Below are positions 56,919 through 64,000 of a stretch of 64,000 nt of DNA, one piece after another. The stretch comes from Folioceros fuciformis (lineage: Eukaryota). The translations under genes and the position numbers were made by a program. The notes under the pieces are model-generated. The model searched no databases. It had not been told where the DNA came from and was given only the letters and a program-made list of their open reading frames with translations. Position 1 is the first letter of the stretch, and the number at the start of each line of letters is the position of its first letter. The stretch is taken from the NCBI GenBank assembly GCA_049999805.1, contig JBNGIO010005876.1:20776-84775 (forward strand). The letters are read 5' to 3'.

Positions 56919-58223
56919 CCGTTGCGTGTGTCCCGTCCTCCGTGCAATCACACCTTTTTTGTGGGGTTCACCCCGTCCGGTAGTAGAGACCATGGAAGCT
57001 TGTGCCTTTGCCAAAACGAGCCGTGGCCAACCCACGACGTCAGACAAGAGCACCAACAGTAACGACACGAAGTGCGTGAAGTGGGCCGCATCACGAAAAC
57101 CAACCACCTGTGTGGGCGGAGTACGGCCACCTCCAGAAACTGTGGTCTGTCACGAGAGCACACTTGCGTTGCGGATAGTGCTGCTGGAACAGAGAACTGT
57201 ACCGAAGGGGCGGGGAAGCCGCCAGGAACCTCCGCGACGCTAAGGTTAAAGGAATTTCACCTACTGTACCAGCGGGATTTGAAGGCACGGCTGTGCAACA
57301 GACACGCGGAGTGGGGGAGATCCGCGACGCAGCCGGAGCGATTCAGCTCGGGCGCCGCGAGGCTGTATTGAATGTGGTAGGCCAGCTGCTGTGGCAGTGG
57401 GCGTGTGTCTGTGCCAGAGTGTTTCGTTGGTGAACGTGGATAGAATAAGACAGTAGCAGTCGGGCTTAGAAGCCTGATGTTGACACAGTCCTGTGACGCA
57501 AGAATCCGTGTGCTACCGACCTCGACTGGGAGTGTGAACTTTCGAGGCAACTGGAGTCTTGTGGTCGGCTTGACCCATGTTTGTTGCACCCTTGTCTGAT
57601 GTCAGTCAAGGTTCTGTGATGGCTACTCCTGCTTCTTGCCCCTATTAGCCTCTGGGATTATGCCCCAGGGTCCCGAATATCAGTGCCGGCCGGCCTTCTC
57701 TTGTCGCTCGCTGCCCTGACTTTGCGTCGGGTCTGTGACAATTAGTTCGTTTGAGATTTGGCGCCCCGACAGGCGGCGGTTTCGGTTTTGCAACCACTGC
57801 TCGGGCTGGGATTGAAGTCCTATTGGCAGGAACTTGTATTTGCTTTGGGCCTGGTGCTCGATTTTGGCCTTGGGCTGTCCGCTTGCTCCGAGACTCCTTT
57901 GTGTCTCTTCTTTGCTGAGTTGCGGGTCTGCATGTTGCGATTCTCTGCCCTGCAAGTGTTGAGGGTGCTAGCTCTGGTGGAGAAGGAACGTCCGCGGCGT
58001 GTCGGAAGCTGCCAGGTGCCGGGATGAACTTTGCGTGCAGAATTTGAGATTTGGGCGGGTGGATTTGGAGGTCCCGGTGGCAGGTTGGGGAGCTGCAAGC
58101 CGTTTGGTGAAGTTGTTGAAAAGGTGGCGAACAGAGTTTTCAAGATGCATGGTGGAAGACAGCGCTGTGGGAATGCTGCAAAGGGTAGAGGAGAGCGGGA
58201 CTGTGGTGTGAGTGCCCACCAGC

Positions 58224-59708
58224 ATGTGCTTCCCCAAGCGTGCAACTCCGTCCAAGCCTGGGTGTGCTAAGGGACCGACAGAAAACACGGCGCGTAAGCA
58301 GATTATGAAAAATGAACTCAGGCACATGGGTCCAGCAAGCCGAGCGGCACCAGCTGTTCATCAGGCCAGGGCTAAACCGCCCAGATTCCAGGAGCATCGG
58401 AGTTTAAATCCGTCGAGCAGCACGTCGTCGGGTCGGCAGTCGGGCTTCTCCAGGGAGTCTGCCAGCAGCGGGTCTCTGGCGGGAGTGAGACAGCTCGTGT
58501 CGGATGGGGCTGTGGTGTACAGGCACAAGGAACTCAGCAGGGCCACAGACCATTTCAGCAGTTCCATGAACATCCCAGGCTCCAAGTCGGTGTTCCGCGC
58601 TTCTCTTATGGGGGTGGAGGTGGCAGTGACGCGGAAGAAACATGAAGGACAGGGTATGGACTTTCTGGCAGAGCTCAAGCTTCTTTGCAGTGTGCACCAT
58701 ACCAACATCGTGAAGCTCTTGGGGGGATGCTTTGTGAAAGGAGACTGTGTGTACCTGGTTCATGAACTGGCAGAAGGTGCTAATCTCAGGCACGCCCTTC
58801 GCAGTCCTCACAATCCGGGCTTCTGCCTTCTGGCATCTTTGGCATCCAGGCTGCAGGTAATCGCCGTCTGGCCTCAGGGTGATGTTTCTTTTCCATTCCT
58901 GCATGGCTTGTGGACACTTGTTGCATGACAGTGACATGCATTACCTGGTGCGAGCTGCCAGGTTGGTTTGGATGTGGCCAAGGCTCTGGAATACCTTCAC
59001 GAGTATGCCTACCCAACCTTCGTCCACAGGTTCGTACAGAGCTCCAACGTTATCATTGACAATGACCTGAGGGCCAAGATTGCAAAGTTCGGTGTCTCCA
59101 AGTTGATCGGAGACACAGTCAGTCAAACACCCACTCCAGATCCCTCCTCCAGATCAAGCGGCGAGCACTCAATATTCAGCGGTGAGATACAGCCGTCAAC
59201 TGGTGCTGGAGGATCCGGAAGGAGTAGCCCGTTGGCAATAGCGCGACCCAGAAGCGGCCGGATTATAGGGACTAAGGGTTACATGCCTCCAGAGTACTGC
59301 TCCTCGGGCATTGTGAGCGTCAAGTATGACGTTTTTTCTTTCGGGGTGATTTTGCTGGAGCTCCTATCTGGCCAGGAGCCCCTTGTCTACGTTCCGGACA
59401 AAGATCAGAACTCCGTCACCGTGAATTCCGTCACCGATGCAATTTCTTACATCATGGAAGACAGCAATGACAGCAGGACGAGGCTGAGGAAGTGGATGGA
59501 TCCTCTTCTTCGAGACCAATACTCTCTTGATCATGCGTACCAGGCTGCAGCTCTTGCCAAGTCCTGTGTGGACCCAGACCCAACAATCCGCCCCCACATG
59601 CGGGATGTGGCTGTTAAACTGTCTAAGCTCCTGACAGCTACCACAGTGTGGGAGACTAACTTGGCTAGCGCCAAGAACGCGATGAGTGGCCCAGTCGAGG
59701 CAAGATGA
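58224..59708 (+). CDS. Receptor-like cytoplasmic (pseudo)kinase related to LysM-RLK kinase domains; intron 58857-58961
   Basis: LCSVHHTNIVKLLG, LDVAKALEYLH, GTKGYMPPEY, DVFSFGVILLELLSG, RPHM; no ectodomain or TM segment. Confidence 0.88.
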
Positions 59709-60698
59709 AGACAAAGCTTGGGCATTGCTGCTGCTTTAACTGCTGATGCCACCACTGGCAGGTCCTGGTTCTCAACTCAATGCTTGGCCTGGAGGGTTCT
59801 CCACATGTTTCGCGTGGGCAGTTCTCGGATGAAAGCGTAGAAGGCTGGTCGCTTGACAATGCGGAAGTCACCAGCCAAGACTTGGGTCGTGAATTGTGAG
59901 GCATACGTGATCCAGGTCTTCGGCAGACGTCACAAAGTCCTGGTCACAAGAGAGAAATCTGTGACCAGTTTGGGTTGCAGAGGTGTGGGTCACATCTAAA
60001 GGCAACCAGGGCAAGGAAATTCTTGTCCACGAGGAATCTCTCGTGCCACCAGGGTAGATGAGACGACTTACGCCTTTCCGAGCGTGCCAGGACAACTTCA
60101 GAAGTTGTTCCGAACACCAGAATTTCTCGATCCAGTCGAAATATTCATGTGAACATCCAAGGCGGCACGTGCGGTCACGTTCTTCTATTTGAGTTGAGGT
60201 AGATGTTATTCAAGGCCTCCTAGCCCATGCTATGAGATTCATAGTTCACACAATAAGAGGCTTCCAGTTCGTTGTAGGAGACTGTACTACTAAGTTTCAG
60301 TTCATTCAAGTCTGGTACGATTTACCAGCTTGTCTAACAATCCGGTTTTATAGGTGATAGCTTTCATAACAATTCGATTCTCTACATAATAGGTTTTCCA
60401 AGCATTCATCTTTCTGCGTGAGAGCTTTTCTAACCATTCAATTAACATCTCCTTTGCTTTAACAGCCCTTCTAACTATTCATCAGAAGTGGCTATACCAT
60501 TCCGGCGTTTTCCATGCTAGCCATTTTGGGCTAAACGACATGCATGTGAATGACAACAGCCAGCCTCAGTTGGGCTGAGACGTTACCAGCACAAAGAATA
60601 ACGGTGATGACTACCATTTAGCAAGTACCCGGCAGATCTTCTTTTGTGTATCCACTCGAGCTACGTAGATGAATTCTGAAGTTCAATGTGACTTTGAC

Positions 60699-62772
60699 TT
60701 ATCCGGTCGCAATGGTCCGTGCCTTTTCTCGAGGGGGCACTTTTAGCCAAGTCTTGAGAGTTTCGTACGCAGCAAATCCGATAGCCACAGAGGGCACCAA
60801 CTGCACACAAGAGGACATTCCAAGGGTCAGTGCAGTAACAGCCAAGGAGAATGAAAGCAGATGGAGAGAGCCTCTTGAAACGCAGTAATATGCTAGCAGC
60901 CATCTCTCGTTTGACCCGAGACCTTGATGTAGTTAATGCTGAGCCCTGCGTACATCTGCCTCCAGCCGTGAGTGCGGAAAATTGTGACTAGACCATGCCA
61001 TGTTCCCTTGTAATGGACAGGGACCAATCCGGATCCTCTGTAAACGCCTTGTACCTGATCGCAGCAACAACTGTTAATTCTTGCAACAAGATGTCAAGGG
61101 GAGAGAGCAGAAACAGAACAAACATGCCTTCTGTAGTCTGTGATGAAATCTACCTGCATTTGTCGCCTGATTACATCAAGAGGATAGGTGCACGTTTGGC
61201 CCACTAATCCAGCCACTCCTCCACAACCAAGTTTCCAGATTATAGAAGGCTCATCATCGCCTGGTATCTGCTTCTTCAATGATTCATACACAAAAAACTT
61301 GAGACCAGCATATGGGAAGATTCCCCACAAAGTCGGTCCTGCAAACACAAGATGACAAATAATATGGTATTGCCCGAAAATGGACATGGCTGGAAAGCAT
61401 GGTACATCAATACCAGAAGTCAACCTAAAGAAGGGTCAATCTTAGCTAGCACATTGATACACATACACTTCGATGCCAATTTCAAAACACTTGTGATGTT
61501 GCAACCGTTTAAGGTCCTCTTGAAGGCACATACCAACCCCTCGGTACAATCCACGGATACCGCTCTCTTTGTAAACCCTGGAGAAGACATCTCCAACACC
61601 CTTATACACAACACCTCTAAAAGAACTATCCCCTGCTGCAGTGGAACCCGTCTGCCGAGAAACAAACTTGTCAGTGGCCCGCAAAACAATATCTACACAT
61701 CTGAGCACCAGCAAAGCACAAAAGCCTTCCCTTGTACTTACATTGCATGCCAATCGAGTACGTGCGAGATCTAACGGGTACGTGCTGATGACCGCTGTTC
61801 CCCCGGCTAATGAACCAGCAATGAGGTCAACCACGGGCCCTGAACCTGCTGGAGGATAGTATTCTATAATCCATCGCCGATATTGCTCATAACTCATAAA
61901 GTGCAGAGCAGCGTATGGAACGACCCTCATGACGTTTGCACCATTCCCTCTGTTCCAAAAACCAGCCTTCTATCTCAGGCCACACAATAATAGGAAAGCA
62001 ATACCGGTAGCCAACAATTTGACAATTGAAACCCGCGCCACACTCATATTTACAGACCGGGTGCTAATTCAAGGTGGAAGACCCACCGGTAGAACCCACG
62101 AATGCCTTCACTTGTCCATATAGACGTCAAGGACCGCCAGACTCCAAGTGTCTGAAAGTTGCCGTACCTAGTCTGCAGTTCACCAGACTCTGGCTAAGTG
62201 CTCCTCACAAAAAAAAGAACAGCAATACCATGACATGACCTTGAGTTCACGCTTCAAACTCTGCATCCGCCGACCAAGACCACTGCCAAACCACGTACAA
62301 GTGATTCCTGTCGGCAAGCCAACCGTGAGAATGTGCGACATACAGTACCAGAGTACCAAGCTTGATGGACCTTCCAGCTTAAGATATAGCGTCAATTACC
62401 TTCGAAACCCTAAAAGAGCTACGAAAATACTGTCTCTTCCACAACAATTCACAATGACCTCAACAGCAGGTTGAAGTGAAACAATTTCCGACACTGGACC
62501 AACGTCCCCAAGCATTTCCAGTGACAGGCAGTGCTCTCGTCTGAAGCACTAGCACAGGAAAGCAAAGCGCTAACCTGGTAAAGTATCTTAACACGCTCAA
62601 GAGGAGCCACGGCAGACTTAGCAAATCCGCCAGCCACACCTCCAGCTATTAGCTCCTTCGCATAGGTCGGCATCGAATCCCTCCAAGAATCCAGGCTCTC
62701 GTCCGTTTCAGCCATTGCCACAGTCCTGCTGTAATCCGGATTAGAAACCAAACTCCGGGCTCCGGGGTCCAT
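60699..62772 (-). CDS. Mitochondrial carrier, CoA-transporter (CoAc)-like, multi-exon
   Basis: Three carrier signatures ([22 protein letters not shown]), plus [29 protein letters not shown] and LKVPPRE. Confidence 0.9.
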
Positions 62773-64000
62773 CCTTCCGGAGTGACCGAAATCCACGGTA
62801 TTAGAGTCTTTCGATCACCACAGAATTTTCCAGCGGTGATTCTGAGTTGGACAATGAGAAGCTTCTCCCCACACGCGAATTTCGCCAATCCTGCCCCACG
62901 ACTAAAACATCGAGGCACCAGAAGGATAACATCCACGATTCCTCCGATTCTGCCGACGAAGAGTTGCAAACCTAGAAGACAACATCAACCTCCAAGCAAC
63001 AACCCCATCCTGGACATGCCAGACTCCACCACCGTGTCTGATCCAGCTTCTTCACCCTCTCACTGCCCAATCCGTAGCCTATAGACAATACCGTGCCGAA
63101 TCTCCAGGGCATCTTCCTATCACTTGCGGCACTCAGAATGACGAGACAGCGGTTGCCTGGGATCCTGCTCACCGCAAGATCTTCAGAGCACACCCCATGC
63201 CTCCATCTATTGCCGGCGAACATGGGCAGAAGTATGGCAGATTTTCCAAGCAGTTGGGGATCTGACACCGAGTCTGAGGAAGGTAAGTGGCAACCCGGGC
63301 TTCCACCTGACGAAGAAAAAATGCAGCACCGCGCACAGCATTCGAACACGCAACATACACAAGGCATCACGGCCGCACTAGCCGCGGCAACTGGAATTTC
63401 AGGCCAGTTTCTGGATGGCCCACCAGAGCGTGGTGCACACCGGCCCGGCCTGAACGGGTCGGGTAACGGGCTGACGGGATCAGAAATTACGTGGATGGCC
63501 ACACATAAGGCTTTCTTTATATTGGTGCCGGGATCTCGGGTACGCAATGCGGGAGAGCGACCTAGACGGCACCGCCTCGTATAAAAGCCATTTTTTAGGG
63601 CAGTGCCGTGACATCCGGTCCTTCTGTTCTGCGGCAGAGCCTCATTTGCGTCGTAAAGCTTTAGGGCTTTCTGTCATTCTTGTTGTGGGGTCCGAGGATC
63701 TGTCGTTATTCTGGTTGTGGGGTTGGGGCGTTTGTGGTCAGCTTCGCTGTGTGGTCACCGTTGGTTGTCATCCTTGTTGTATGGTCTCGTGATGAATGAG
63801 TAAGCTGCAACAACATGCGCGGGCTTTGATTACTAGCAAACATTTCTCGATGCTGATACTGCATGTTGCTCGGTCGGGTTCGGTCGGGTTGACAACATCA
63901 AGTCGGATTTGACTGATGAGAAGTGCGTTGTGATGAACGAGTGCCTTTCATCGTGGCAGTTCGTAGTCACAGCGTAGTCCCGCCTTCATCTACGGTGTCT

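Noticed and set aside
56260-57243. 327-aa plus-strand ORF and 257-aa antisense ORF (55691-56464)
   Set aside because: They run through introns and alternate frames of PSA2/COG0212.
62972-63792. ORFs upstream of the mitochondrial carrier
   Set aside because: No recognisable family; probably 5' UTR or promoter sequence.

Overview
Compact, intron-containing nuclear DNA of a non-flowering land plant, most likely a hornwort (inferred from ~50-150 nt introns and many PLS-class PPR genes with a 'PGQSWWTD' WW-type PG box). Left to right: a defective Ty1/copia element with short LTRs; a ZIP zinc/iron transporter; degenerate tandem repeats; five very long intronless PLS-PPR RNA-editing-factor genes whose DYW domain is truncated, with an AT-rich BURP gene between the first two; a conserved plastid protein of unknown function; a nucleobase-ascorbate transporter (NAT); a BRO1-like gene; CAND2/PMTR1-like; PR-10/Bet v 1; an intronless DUF4326-like gene; COG0212 running in frame into PSA2; a LysM-RLK-related cytoplasmic pseudokinase; and a mitochondrial CoA carrier. 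The three strongest leads are (1) a tandem pair of homologous 101-nt exons in the NAT gene with the hallmarks of mutually exclusive splicing, (2) an apparent in-frame COG0212-RRM-like-PSA2 fused locus, and (3) a bacterial-type DUF4326 gene that is a horizontal-transfer candidate. All exon models were read by eye from GT-AG sites and remembered family motifs; no searches were run.
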